This document shows positions 45,101 through 60,441 of a DNA stretch of 64,000 nucleotides, piece by piece. Made by a program: the position numbers and the translations under genes. Below the pieces are notes generated by a model. The model was not told the origin of the DNA, searched no databases, and was given only the letters and a program-made list of their open reading frames with translations. Each line of letters starts with the position of its first letter. Within the stretch, counting starts at the first letter, position 1. The stretch is from the human T2T-CHM13v2.0 reference genome, Homo sapiens, in NCBI RefSeq assembly GCF_009914755.1, contig NC_060935.1, one strand, 5' to 3'.

Positions 45101-46304
45101 CAAAATGTAATACTGATTTATGGAGCTCATAGAGCTAGTTGAGTAATTTTTTAAAGCACGAGTTATTTAGAGGAGCATAGATATTCCACACCAGTCCTGG
45201 CTAATGTCCAGGTAAAGATAGGTGCATTGTTTGTCTTGTGCAGATATTTGGAAATTCTAGTAAATGAATGATACAGGAAAACACTGCTGTTCATTTTACC
45301 CCAATGTTTTGTATTTCCTTTTCTTCACCTCTCATAGGTGTTGGGGGGAAATTCAGAAATTATGTGACAATCTGCTTAGTCTTTGAAAGACGCATGAGAT
45401 TCTGCTATACTCTAAAGAGAAAGAAAAATATTTCAGGTAGAGAGAACAGCATTACAGGAAAAAGTGTAAGGTGTATGGATGACATTGGAGAACGATAATG
45501 CATCTGGAGAATAGAGTAGGGGTAGGGGGGATGGCAGGTAGGTGGTGGAGTGGAGGGGTTGGGAGAGGGACTGGACAGCACTGCGAGGCAGGGAGGGGCC
45601 TTGTAAACTGCCCTGGAGGATAGGATAAGGATGTTATGCCATATTCTTCCACAGAAGACAGCAAGAATTATTTTAAGCAGTCTATAACATAATTATGTTT
45701 GTGTGTTAAAAAGACTTCTAATAGCACGGTTCATCATTCATGTATATAGCAAAATGTGGTTCCTTTCCCATATCAAATACACTAAGAAGCCGTTTCCTAG
45801 ACAAGGAATGTTATTTTGTTACTTCAGTTGCTGTTTGTAAGACCCATTTTGGTATGTAATTCTGCTCACTGTTTTTCAGCAAGAACTGTTAGTTCTAGCA
45901 ACAAATACTTAGCTTATCATTGCAACCATGTATCTTCCGAACTGCAAACCAAGTCGGTTATAATAAACAGGTTGGAAAAGAGCTGGCATTTGGTGGGAGG
46001 AAAGTAAACAAAACTTAAGCACCTTCTATAATATGCATAGAGGCAATAAAATCTCCCTACAGATTAATATAGATGCCGATAGAACACTATATAGTCTACT
46101 ACTGATTAAATATCAAGCATCCGCCGCCTTTTTAAAGTTATTCTTGATAGAGGTTAATTATTTAATTTAGTTGGCACAAATAAGAATCTGTACTACAACC
46201 GTGACTTGCCACTCAATCACATATTACAGAGTAATAAAAACTTGTTAAAAAATGAGTTGAACAATTGCAAGATTAAAATAATAATTAGTACAATTACCAT
46301 CATA

Positions 46305-46352
46305 TATATGTGTGTATGTGTACACACACACAAACACACACACACACACACA
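46305..46352. repeat. (TG)/(CA)n microsatellite
   Basis: Directly visible. Confidence 0.85.
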
Positions 46353-46604
46353 GAGCCTGCCAAAGGGAAAAATACAGTGAGATAGTAACATAAATAGTTT
46401 GCAAGATATGGTTATTCCTTCTCCTCAAAATAATGATTTATGAACTTTCATGTGCATACCTTTGCCCACCATTATTTGCAAATTTATTTCTTAAAAATGA
46501 AAATACAGCAAACACATATAGAGTTCAGAATAACTTTATAAATCACTATATTTGTTATGCATCATATATCAGATCTTTCATGTACATATATAATATATAC
46601 ATGC

Positions 46605-46953
46605 TGATACGGTTTGGCTGTGTCCCCACCCACATCTCATCTTGAATTGTATTTCCTATAATCCCCATGTGTCGTTGGAGAGACCCGGACGTTGGAGTTG
46701 AATCATGGGAGTATGATAGTAAGTGAGTTCTCCTGAGATCTGATGGTTTTATAAGGGGATTTCTCTCTTTGCTCGGCACTTCTCTTTCCTGTCTTCATAT
46801 GAAGAAGAACGTGTTTGCTTCCTCTTCCACCATGATTGTAAGTTTCCTGTGTCTCCCCAGCCATGTGAAACTGTAGTCAATTAAACCTCTTTCCTTTGTA
46901 AATTACTCAGTCTTGGGCAGTTCTTTATAGCAGTGTGAGAACAGAATAATGCA
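46605..46953 (+). mobile_element. THE1 (THE1C/D-like) solo LTR
   Basis: tgatacggtttggctgtgtccccaccc...; perfect 5-bp TSD catgc. Confidence 0.92.
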
Positions 46954-47155
46954 CATGCCTTTAGCATTTTATTCTTTATTTCACAAAATTTGCTAATGAT
47001 TGTATGTTATAAAAACAAAGTCACTGTGAAAATAATCCTCATTTAACAGAATTGATAAAATCACAGATTAGAAAACAAGTTTCAATATTTTTATTGAGAG
47101 GACATTGTTGCTAAAATAGTATTTTATTTTCAAAAAAGCAATGTCTTAACCTCTT

Positions 47156-47251
47156 TATATTTAGAAAACGCCATCATCTCAGCCCAAAATCTCTTCAAGC
47201 TGATAAGGAACTTCAGCAAAGTCTCAGGATACAAAATCAATGTGCAAAAAT
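47156..47251 (+). mobile_element. Isolated internal L1PA ORF2 (RT) fragment
   Basis: Translates [31 protein letters not shown], versus L1 ORF2 [31 protein letters not shown]. Confidence 0.88.
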
Positions 47252-47274
47252 TATATCGTATCATATTTTAAAGG

Positions 47275-47482
47275 GCCAGTCTGGGCAAGATGGTGTGAAA
47301 CCACTTCTCCACCAAAAAAAAAAAAAAAAAAATTAGCGTGGCTGCCACTGCTATATAGTCCCAGCTACTCAGGAGGCTGAGGCAGCAGGATCCCTTGAGC
47401 CCAGGAGTTGAAGGCTGCAGTGAGCTATGATTGTACTCCAGGCTGGGTGACAAAGTAAGACACTGTCTCTAAGAAAATAAAC

Positions 47483-47519
<37 letters not shown>

Positions 47520-47521
47520 AT
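47275..47521 (+). mobile_element. 5'-truncated AluJ with (TAAA)n tail
   Basis: ttgagcccaggagttgaaggctgcagtgagctatgatt. Confidence 0.88.
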
Positions 47522-48512
47522 AGAGACATTTTCCATTTCCATTTAGTGATAGTAATACTCTAGATTTTCAAAATTATTAGACTGCAGGCAATGGGCTATT
47601 AGGCAGAATAGCTAAATGATAAATATTATTATATGGCTACTAAACTCATGATTTAGAGATTTTTAACATATGGGAAATATGTAAGATAATGGTGAGGGAA
47701 AAAGATAGGTTCTCTTTTGATTGCAATTTCAAAAGAACAATAATATATAAAATAAACTGAAAAAGACTATACTCAAATGTTGATAGTGATTATTTTTCTT
47801 TTGTGTTATAATGCAGAATTTCCATTTTTAACGTACACTGTTCTAAATTTTTACATGTTTACAAAAAGCATATATTAACACTTTTCTTGATTCATAATAT
47901 CTAAATAAAAGAAAATGTGGTGATTTTGTTACAAAATGTTGAATTTGTCTTGCTGTGTCCAAAGGAACAGATAAACTAAGGGAATCTTTTGGCATTTTAG
48001 TCTTTATCAGCGTTTGTTGTCTAAATATCTTGCCCACTTGGTAATTGCCATGTTTGATCTCTTTGGTTACATACTTCCATTAATTTAAAATGAAAATAAG
48101 CTTTAATGAACTAAAATTATCATCATTACATTTGCTTACTATAGCTCATTAAAAAAGCCAAGAAAATTTGTGATTACAAGCATTTGTCATCGTCAATTGA
48201 AACCTGTAACTTAGCAACCATATCTTATTTTCAATTCTGTATAAAAGACAGTAGCTGCATGAGTGAGCTGGTGGCTCTTGGCCATCTGGTCACTTTCTTT
48301 AGGTAGTTTTTTCTGACCACCCCAGATTGATTTAGGCTCCACTTTGCTATGATCTCAAGGCACCTTGGACTTACCCTACTACGTGATATTATTATTTATT
48401 TGCACTCCCCACATTGAATGACTGGAATGCTATTGTATTTGTGAGTAAATTCCTAGTGCTTGACTCATGGCTCAATGCCTGGCTTATAATAGCATTAAAT
48501 TAACACCCACTA

Positions 48513-48812
<300 letters not shown>

Positions 48813-50884
48813 AACACCAACTAAATATGTAGATATGAAAATGAAGGGATTTAAGGATTTATGGTTATATATTAGTGTTTTAAATCAATTTTTGAGTACC
48901 CAAGTAAGGCATTAATGAAAAAAATGATTAATAATTTTTTTAAAAAAAATTTTAAAAATTAATTAAAAATGGAAAACAGTTTTTTATGGACTTCTCCATC
49001 TGAGTAGGTGACTGGTGAAGGATCATAAAGATCATTACTCATTCAAACACACTGCTTTCAAGATTTAGAATCAAAGAGTCCTATAATGAGAGTCTTCAAG
49101 TGAAAGGGACAGTCATACAAGCTGTCCTCCATCCTCCCTCTGAGTTCTTATGTCTCATGTGGATAATTTCACTTGAATTATGCTAGGATGCCTGTCCATG
49201 AACAGGGACATCACAGCTCTTTATTTAAAATTCTCGTCTAAACCCCAAAGATTCTTTCTCACTTCTACTCCCCACCTTGTTTATTACAAAGTATCTAGAC
49301 TTACTAAAATCCTCTCACTTTTACCCAAAGACAATTTTTCTGTGTCTAAAGTAAGATTTCACTCTAAGGACATAGGTCTCTTTGCTCCTAAGTAGCTCAC
49401 AGTCTAGTGAAGACCACCGAAAATCTCAGTGCAATGTGAAAAAAGCTGTGATTATATTGGGAAGGAGGCAGCCAGCCCCGCTGGGGCTAGTGCATGTATC
49501 TATAATGTACTTTAAAAGATGTTCTCTCTTTTCATGAGCCAGAGGATAGCTTAAGATAACAGAAGAAAGAAAAAGACTGTCCATTACCCAGACTAATTTG
49601 ATTAATGAAGTAAAATTGGACCGATATACTTAGATGTCAGAATTTATATGGAGAGAAATGAGCAATTAAATAAAACAAAATCCTTTGGCAGCCCCAGATT
49701 AGACTCAACAACTGTGAATCTGAACCACTCATATTGTCTCATAGATAACAAACTATTTATCACTTCTATATTCTATATTCCTTATGCATCTGTGTGTGTT
49801 TGCTACCAAGTTATTTGCCCCTGTTAATATGCAGCTTCTTTAGTGTTCAGTTGTAACTTTAATTAACTGAGTGTTCACTTGGCAACTGTCTTGCTTTCTT
49901 TGCTGTGCCACACACTTTATTGAAAAAAAAGTCAGACTTGATACTGGGCCTTACAAAGCTTATTATATGCTGGAAAGACAGAAGCAACTTGTTATGAATA
50001 AGGTGATAAGTATGTGTTAAATCAGAAGGTGTTGTGCATTGTATCATAATTGCCAAAGAAATACTATTAGGAGGGGCCAGATTTTATAAAAATAAGACTT
50101 AATAAAGTGGAGTTTAATCTTGAATGAATGAGGAGGTCAAGGAGGGGTATAAAAGAGTGTTGAAGAGAGCAAATAAAAAACCCTAAGCTACAAAAAGGGA
50201 TGAGGTGGCACAGGAAAGCATCTCATTGGATATGAATGAATAGTGTTGGAGGGAGGGAAAACAGGAGGGCAAAAGCCTAATTATAAATTCAGGACTTTAG
50301 AAGCAAATAAAATAAAAGTTTGAATTTGATAACAGGGATGGTTTGGACAGGGGATTGATAATTCAAGAACCGTAATTCTGTCATGGGTATGCAGTATCAA
50401 TTTAGAGAATAAAGAGGATAGACACAAGAAAGTGAAATGGACTGAATTAAAGTCTTACTCCTCTCTCATCTCTTATAATTTCTTACTGTTTTGGGTTCTC
50501 TTCAGTCTAAAGTTTTAGCTGACACCCCATCTCATCTCCACATAAGAACCTCTACTCCAAATATGTCTGTTTACACTTCCACTTTCCCAGTTTCAAAGAC
50601 CATAGCACTGCTTTAATGTCTGTCCCCATTTTTTTCATTTGTAGAAACACTTCCATTCTTCCAAAATTGGCTCTCTGGTGTAGAAGAGCATAGCCTCTGC
50701 AGCAAGGCCTGGATTCAGCACCCAGCTTTGCTGTTCATTAGCTATGTGAATTGTTGACAAATTAATCATCCTCTTTGAGTTTCAGAGTCTAAGTTATAAA
50801 TTAATGGGAATGACAACTTGCCTTGATTTTACTAGAAATATCTAAAGCAATGTGCATTAAAATACATCATATACAGTGCTTAGG

Positions 50885-51030
50885 GGCCAAGCATTGTGGC
50901 TGACTATAATCCTAGTGCTTTGGGAAGCTGAGGCAGGCAGAACACTTGAGGCCAAGAGTTCAAGACCAGTCTGGGCAACACAGCGGGACCCCGTTTCTCC
51001 AAAATAATAAATAATTAAAAAGAAAGAAAA
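50885..51030 (+). mobile_element. FLAM (free left Alu monomer) within a MIR
   Basis: Single left arm followed by an A-rich tail. Confidence 0.8.
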
Positions 51031-52296
51031 AATTTTGTAGAAAGTGTTAAAAGTGTTTAGGCATGGACCTCTAAGCATTAATATAACCACAGTAAACACA
51101 GAAATAATAATTTGTATCATTCCCTGAGCCAAGCCTCATGTATACAAAATAAAATGCACATTTCAATGGCTGATGGAGGTGAGAGAAAAGGGGTCTTGAG
51201 AATTGTAACTTGGGAAGATGGTGCTGTTCACCAGGAAATACATATGAAATAAAAGGTCCTAAAGCAATATTATGAGTTTGTTTTGGAGCTGACTGAGTTA
51301 GCTGTCAAGTGTATCATAGTGTGTTATGTTTTATTTTCTGTTACAAGAAAGGTAACTTCTATAGGTGCTCACTAACGACTCAATGAATTAGTGCCATTTG
51401 AAAAGATGAATTTATTATGCCATTATATGGATTTCTGTTTGAAAATGAACTTAAATTCAAAAGATTCATTTTTAATGTGCATGTGTTTCACAGCTGACAA
51501 TGTTGGCATTTCTTAGAAGATTTATACATATTTCTACATATTTATTTTTTGTCAAATTCAAAGAAACTAATTTTGAAATGTCAATTTACAATCTGTTCAA
51601 TAGACTATGAGCTTCTTGAGGGCAGAGTCTATATCTATTTTTCCTTTATATCCCCTGAATATAGTTCATAGCACAGTATATTTGTTGTAAACCCTTAGTA
51701 AAAATTGTACTAAACCCTTAGTAAATATTTCTGAATGCAAATGTGCATTATTATTCAAGCTGTGAATCTGCAGATCAAGTGTAATTGCACTGGAGTTTAG
51801 AGACTATTAAAGAAAAACAAACTTATCTTCCATGACCATGCTTTTTTATCAAAGAGTCTATAGATGTAACTCATTAGAATAACTGAAGGCAAGTTTAGGA
51901 ATCTCTAGAACCACAGAAACACAAATTCTACATTCTTAAGACCTGTATTTCAGACTTAGTTAAATAACAATATCAGAATCACAGACCTGGAAGAGACTCT
52001 CTGAAATCACATAAATGACAACCAGTTTACTATTTACAAAACTTTTCCATTAGCCTATCCTAATGGAGCCTCAAAACGATGCTGAGAAAGAACTAGAAAT
52101 GACCTGGAAACTGAGACTTTTAGAACTAACCTGGTGCTTAGTGCACTTATGTTAAAAACAGTTTCTTCCACTTCCCAGATACCAAGACATTAGGCGGGTT
52201 ACTCAATCTTCCTAAGTCTCAGTTTCCTGATCTGCAAAACAGAGACAATAGTAGTAACCAAAAGGGCTGCTGTAAGCTTTTGAAAAATTTGCTTGT

Positions 52297-52818
<522 letters not shown>

Positions 52819-55800
52819 CTATTCCTATGAATACTTTACTACTTGCCAAAGGACCCTCGACCAGAAATCAGACTGTAACCCAAGTCTCTGTTTACAAATT
52901 ATATGATTTTTACCTATTTAACTAAACCCATGCTTAAGAGTTGGCCATTTTCAAATCTTCAGATTCTAACAGTCCCCAAATTTCCTAAGTTGCCTGTATT
53001 ATTTTCTGGGTTTGCTGCATGATTTTGAAAATAAAACATTGTCAGTTATATTCTAGGTTTAGGTGAATGTCAGAAAAGCTTTAGAAAATCCATTCTAAAA
53101 AGTACACATTCTGTAGAGCTTGCACCAATATTTTATGAAATGATTTTAGGGTGTGTAATTTGGGAGCGGTGTTTGAGGATTATGGATACCTTTGTCTATG
53201 TAACTATGATGATAACATTTCACACATGTATAGTACTTCACAGTGTTTCCAAAACGAGGCACTAATAAATTCGGTGATACACAGTGTTTCTGGTAAGTGT
53301 ATTGACAGTTAAAACTACAACTTTTCTTTCCTAAATATTTGCAATAAAATATAGTAGTCTTATATTTAAATATTCTCCTCTAAAATAATAATATTAGAGA
53401 CTTTAAATTATCTTTAATTTTCCTTGGAATACAAAATGGTACTGGGGAAATTAACCTCTCTGTAGGAAATTAACTGCCTAAGAGTAAAATAAAATGTCAG
53501 TATTTGAATTACAAGCATACTAGGAAACTTTAGCTTAAATATATAATTTGTGACTTGGAAGAAAAAAGTCAGGATTAGAAGAAGAAAGACAGTGTAAAGA
53601 TCTGTCTTAGTGCTGATAAATGGTAGCTCCATAGTAACTGCCAAGCATAAGAATATATATTATATTTTTCATTGGTTTTACTTGAGGAGAAGTGGCCAAA
53701 TAAAATTGAAATAGGAATGTAGAAATTACACTTTTGATAAAGGGAAATACTCCGAAGGACATTTTTAAATTTCTGTGGGACTCACAGGGGTGAGTCTTGT
53801 CCTGGATTCATGCCATTTCAAATAACTAGAGGCATGAGAAGAGGCTGCTCCTGCCCGCCTGCCCGAGCTGTGGCCTCAGTCCATGCGGAGCTTCCACCTC
53901 TGAGCATCCCAACCAAACGGTCCCTTTCAGTGACCCTCATCATCAGTGCACTGGAAATTGTGTTAGTAATTAAGGACAGACTTTGGCCTTGAATATTGAG
54001 CAATATGAACACATTTTCACTTAGAATTTAAGTATCACAGTAAATCCTAACCTCATATATTTTAACTGTTTTCTATAAATCTTATTCTGAAATAAAAATA
54101 AGGTACTCAATGTCGTTTAGAAATAGGAACTTATAGAAGATAATCTCTGTAGCACTGATAAGGAATGCTGCCAGAAAACCTAGAGAGCTGAATATTTCAT
54201 ATGAACTCAGAGGCAGCATTGCCTCCCAATTCTGTTTCCATGCATGTGTGCTGGAAGAACTCAAAACACTTGCTTTTAGTTATCTAGTGTATTTATAATC
54301 CATGAGCATGAAACAGATTTGGAATACAAAATAAGGAGCTTCCAATACAAAAAGAGTAAAAGACAAGTACCTTCTTGCTTTTCATCAGTTCAGTTCTTAT
54401 TAGATGATTTTTCAAATTGGATGTCTAATAGTATAACATTTTCATGTTTATTAAAGACAGGTATTGTTCATGAAATGTACATTTTAAGGCAATGGGGAAT
54501 CAAAATTGCAAAAGTGGGAATAGTATAATATTCTATACTTCTCTCATAATTTCCCATCACTTTCATTTTTGTCCCTCAAGAATATCTTGCCATTTTACAT
54601 TTTGTTCAAGGTCAGACTCTTTTAAAGTTCAGAGTGACTTTTTATTCAAAGTCTCCTTTACTTTCCTTACCCTACCTGACACACATACCAAATCAAAACA
54701 TTGTATGTTTTTATCATTTTCTTTTCTCCATAGACATAATCACCCAAGTGATCTCTACAATTCCAGGCCTAAAATAGAAAGGATTTCCACCACCTCTCCC
54801 CTTTTTCCCTTGTGTTCCCAGGTTTTGGAAGTCCATTTTCTAAAGTCTAGCCTCATTTAATGCAGCCATATGGTGATACTTCCTCACTGGTGTGACAAGG
54901 TCATTGTTAACATATGCTTTGGAAAAAAAGGATGCTTATTTAATCCATGAGCTGTTTGTAAAGGGAAATCATAAAACGATGGCATGGAGTGACAGTGTCC
55001 CTCAACAGTGAACCAATTCAAATAAACCACAGAGGCAAAAATGCACAGGTCTAACTGCACTTGGCTAGAACTGAATCAGTGCAGTGTATGTAGCTACCAT
55101 CAAACCATCCCATTCCCCTCAGTCTGATGTGTTTGAATTTTACCACATAATCATTCAATCTGCTGCCTTTTCAGTTGGTTTTAACAGAACAATTACCTCA
55201 GCATGTTGCAATACAAAATGATTTTAGTGATATTGTTAATCTAAAATCTCAAGTAGGGGACAGAGAAGAATTTAGAACGTTTATAAGATTAAAACTCTAC
55301 CAAATGCCGTTTAACTTAGATATTTTGTGCTCTCCATTATTGTGGAAAAAATAACCATTTAAAAATAGTTTTATGAAGCTAGATAATTTTAATGATATGA
55401 GGTATGATTAGAAGCTTTGTTATCCTTAACATTGGAAGTGGAAATACATAATTATGTTAATACATTTCATGATATTAACAATAGAATTCTACACCTGTCA
55501 CCTTTAAACAATCCTTTTGCTTACAATAACATTATATACAATTTTATTATAATATAATTGCTATTTAAAAAGTAATGCTTTTAAGTTGGATTGAATTTCT
55601 CTGAGGAATAGTATCACTGGATTTAGTGCACATTGTGTAAGATGAATTATCTCAGGAAATAGGTTTGCATTTGTTAGCACAATTTTTTGTAAATATTCAC
55701 TGAGTGTCTACCGTATGCATCATACCATACTGGGCACTGCAGAGAATTCAAAGAAAAGTCAAATAAATACTCTGCCCTCATGAAGTTTCGAGTGTAGTAG

Positions 55801-56747
55801 GAGAAATAAAACATGTAAATAGATAGTTAACATGTAGACTAGAGAGTGGTAAATACCTGCCTGTTTTAGGACATGTTTTAGGAGAGTGTCTCCTGCATGT
55901 TTCAAGGACAGAGAAATTTCCAAGCCAGGAGAATATGGCAGTGCATCTTTGAAACCTAAGCAGATTTTTAATAACTCATATTCGAGGGCTATTATAGCAT
56001 ATTTTTACTTTAACAAGTAGGTAAGAGAAAATGCAATTTGAACATAAAGATTCTTAAAAGCTAAGCCCAGGTGCAAATGACCATGAAGGAGGATGGCTTA
56101 TCACCGATGAAAAACTGGTTGCAAGTTAACATAGATAATCTGAGTCTAAATTCTTTTTTAATTTCATTCATTTATTTTTAAGTTGACAAATAATTGTGTA
56201 TTTTTAATCGTGTACAACATGATGTTTTCTAAATTCTTATAATGGTATATTTTGCTACTAATATGTTTTGTGCGTTTGAACTAATGTCACAGTGTTACCT
56301 GATAGATGACACAGGTTGCTTTTTCTGATAGAACTATAGTAGTTCTTAATGCTGGGATCTGCAAGAATGCGATTATGAAAAACTTCCCCCAAAGAAATCC
56401 CAAAGTTGTCAGCTGGAACACTAATGGAAGCCATGCATGGTGATTGATGTTAAACCAAAGTAGCAGGCAGGTCATGCTGATAGGAACAGTGAAAGATGGA
56501 GTGAAAGAGATGGATCAGAAATATTGTGTTCAACTACAGGCTAACAAGGCCTGGAGCATCCACAAACAAGGCCCAAAAGCAGAGTGTAGTTGCAGCTACC
56601 CTGAACCTGCTGACAACTGGATTCTCTAGATCATATTGTTTTATTCCGTAAGTAATACGTACATCACTTTTAAATAAATATGATCAGGGCAAAGTAGTGA
56701 TGTTTTCAAATACAGATTTTTCTCATCTGGAATCTGTGCCTTACGAG

Positions 56748-56752
56748 GTGCG

Positions 56753-56782
<30 letters not shown>
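56748..56782. repeat. (TG)n
   Basis: Directly visible. Confidence 0.9.
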
Positions 56783-56783
<1 letters not shown>

Positions 56784-59700
56784 TTTCTCCATACTAGTTT
56801 CTCCCATAGCAGTGCATATTTGCACTCCTTTTTAAATAACATATATGACAATTTAGCATTTTTTATTAAAAATCACTATTCTCCATTTACTCTATTTCAA
56901 TGTCTCTTAATTGATCCTAGTTTTTTACAATTTTGCCTTTATAATACCTCAAATTTACCATCATTCTTTCACTTTATCTGTACTCTTAGGGAATTACTTT
57001 ATTTCTTTTTCTATCTTTCCTTGAATGATCAGAGCTCACTGTCTCTTCCTTCCTCTTGCTTTCCCAAGATAACATTTATTCTTTGTTTTCCTTCCTTATC
57101 ATCCTTAACTTTTTTATTAGTGAAGTTGCCGACAAATCCTTTTCTATTACCTAAGCTATTTTCAAATCAGTGTAGTACACACGTAGGAGACAATCAGCAA
57201 ACATTTCCTTAAATACTCAATATTTCAGTAGCATGTCTTCATTTTCTCTTAAAACGATGAACCAACCAAGAAAGCAAATAAACATAAAGCCAAAAATGCA
57301 TCTTATTTCCCTTTTACTTGGAATGGGAATACTTACTTAATCACATTAACTCCATGGGGAGGAGAGAATATTCATGCTATGTCAGATCTAATTTAGTGTT
57401 CCTTCTCTTTCCAACTCTGAATTGAGCATTTCTGCATTCATTAAGTTCACTGATTTACTTTTGGGATAAAAGTAGAAAGATAAAGTTGGTGAAGGAACAA
57501 GTACAAATGCAAAATATATTTTAAAATTCTTTTTAAACAGAGGGAATTAATTTCATGACTATAAGTTAGTTTTATGACAATATTTGAATAATAGCTGTAA
57601 AAGGGATCTGAGGTCTCTTGCCATATGAAGATCTCAGCATCGCAGTCATATTTCCTATTCATGACTAGAGTCAATTATTTCTCGTATGTCACAGTATTTT
57701 TGAAAATAGAAATAATATTAAATGAAAAATTCAAAGAATTTTTTCTAAGAAAAGTTCAATATATCTTACATATTCAATGTAGTATTTTATTTCAAAATCA
57801 TACCCTGTACATTTTTAATTTACAATGATGTTGCTATCATACTTTTCACATTAAAATAAAACCATGATCATTATAAACTAATTAGGAGGTATCTATAAAT
57901 AATGTTGTTTCTTTTACCAGGAAAATTAAATTACTTTCCTAAAGTGACATGATGCAGTTTCAACACAGCTGAAATTATTGATCTGTATCTTTTTAGTTAG
58001 TGTCCAGTGTTCTTCCATTGTTCCATAGTAACCTTACTGATATAAAAGTAGTAACAAATCATAAACTTTGAATAGAGCAGTAAACACTACACTTTTCACA
58101 GCCCCTTTTACAGATTACATCTTAATTTCCGCTGAAATATGAAAATGACAATGAATACATGTTTCCTATTTTTTTATGCTGCTTATATCTTGGCAGCATT
58201 TGTCATACTTGTAATGATTTTTTAAATCAGTAATAAATGATTAATGGGAAAAATAGGTAGATAATATTTTTATTATGAAAGCATCAACATTTATATTAAT
58301 TAATAACTACATTTCAGCTTTTGAAATACAATCTAGTTCATTTCTGACAAATGATCTGATGCAGATGTTTCCCTAACATTCAGAAAAGGAAAATAAAGGG
58401 AAGACATTTGCTTACTTAAAAAGCTAGATGTTTCATAAGAATTTCAAAGCCCAAAAATGCAAAACAAGAAAATTAATTTTAAAATCTCATATTTTTCTTG
58501 TATTCTCAGAATTTCTTAGCAACACATTTACACTTTTGTGTTTATTTGGATGTATATTTTTAATTACAAAATTAACATACCTGGGGGTAGACAATTTGAA
58601 AAATGCGGTTATAACAAACAAAACAATTAAAATAATAATTCTACTATCAAATAATAAAAATGCACATACTAATTTTACTATTTTATAGACACTTAATTAT
58701 AATATATATTGTTCTATTCCAGATTAACATTTTATTCTAGGCATTTTCCCATTGGATATTATTCAAAAATACTCTTTTAATTACCAAGTAATTATTTTAT
58801 GAATGTTAGTAATTCATGTTTTAAATGTTTTTATTTTTTCCAGTGTTTGACAATTTTAAGTAACAATTTGACCACATTTCTACTTATTTCTATTTAATAT
58901 ATTTCTATTTTAAAGGTTCTTGACATTTACTGTGAAATTGCTTTCCAAATGGACATATGTCTCCACAGGCAGTGTATGATGACATCCTTTTCATCACATT
59001 GAATATTGTTATGCATTTTAGAATTAGATAACTAGTCATAGCTAATTATTTTCATTTTGTTTGGCTCTCTTTTTAATATGTTTCTCAATATTCCATTTCC
59101 TTTGCTTATTCTTTGGTTTTCTATTCCTTTAACGTGTAAAAATAAATTACATTAATTTGATGTTCTGAAGCCTCAAACAGAATATGTTTTATAACATTAT
59201 TCTTAGCCTAATTATTATTTTTTATGATAAATAACTATGTTTACAATCATGGAACATTGCTCTATAGCTATTAATGAGCACTTATAATGTTTATGAGAAT
59301 GTTTATCCAATATTTGTCATAATTTTGAAGAAAGTAAAAGTAAAATAAAATAGAGCTTTCATTTATTTTTTAGATCTAGAATTTATATTAGCATTTAGTG
59401 AGTAACTAGTAAGAATAATTATTACCCTCATATGTTAAATAAAATTCTGAAATTATCAACTATATTAATTTTAATCTGAGCACTACAGACATTAGACCTA
59501 AGGGCAGGTCTTAAGTTAAACTTAAATTCTTCTATTGCATTCAATTTTTGCCGTCACTCACCATAGCCACTATCTTCTCAGCCCACTCTTGTCACTCATG
59601 CTCCTTATAGCAGTTACTGTAGCAGAAACTTGGGAATAATTTTTCTGCTTAATGACTTAGCTAAGACTAGAATATAGAGTGTATAAATGGAAACAGACCT

Positions 59701-60020
59701 GGCAAGTAAGACATCTCTGATTTGGAGGATATATTTTTTAGTCTACAAAGAATCCTTGAATACATCAAGATAGAGCATATCTTACAAACATATGGGCAAC
59801 CATATGACATCATCCTGTGTCACTACTAGTTTTGGTCATGTGAATCCAAAGGGCCCTTTGGTGATGTTACTCACCAATACACTTCCCAGTCATATAAAAT
59901 TAGATACCTTCCCATCCTTAACCACTTTTAGTAGAAAGAATGCCCTTCAGTCCACACTGTGTTACTAGGCCCAAAGCAGTGTTACTAGTAGTCTATTTCT
60001 TACAGCATACAAAACTGCTC

Positions 60021-60441
60021 TGTATCAGTTTGCCAGGGCTGTCATAACAAAGTACCACAGACTGTGGCTTAAACAACAGAAATAACAAAGTAGCACAGAC
60101 TGTGGCTTAAACAACAGAAATTTATTTTCCACAATTCTGGAGGCCGAAAGTCTGAGATCAAGGAGGCAGCAAAGGTGGTTTCTTCTGAGGCCTTTCTCCT
60201 TGGCTTGTAGATGCCATTATCTCCCTGTGTCTTAATATGGTCTTCCCTCTCTGCATGTCTGTGTCCTAATTCCTCTTTTTATGAGAACACCAGTCATATT
60301 GCATTAGGGCCCACCCTAATGACCTCATTTTAACTCGATTCTTTAAAGACCCTGTCCCCCAAATACAGTCACATTCTGAGGTACTGGGAAGTTGTAACTT
60401 CAATGCAGAAGCTTTAGAGGCACACAATTTATCCCACAACA
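60021..60441 (-). mobile_element. MLT1 (MLT1B/C-like) LTR
   Basis: ataacaaagtaccacagact, aagtctgagatcaagg, tagggcccaccctaatgacctc. Confidence 0.88.

Noticed and set aside
48290-48310. Recursive-splice-like AG|GT sites in intron 3 (also ~61023 and ~63051)
   Set aside because: None combines a strong pyrimidine tract with a GTAAG/GTGAG donor.
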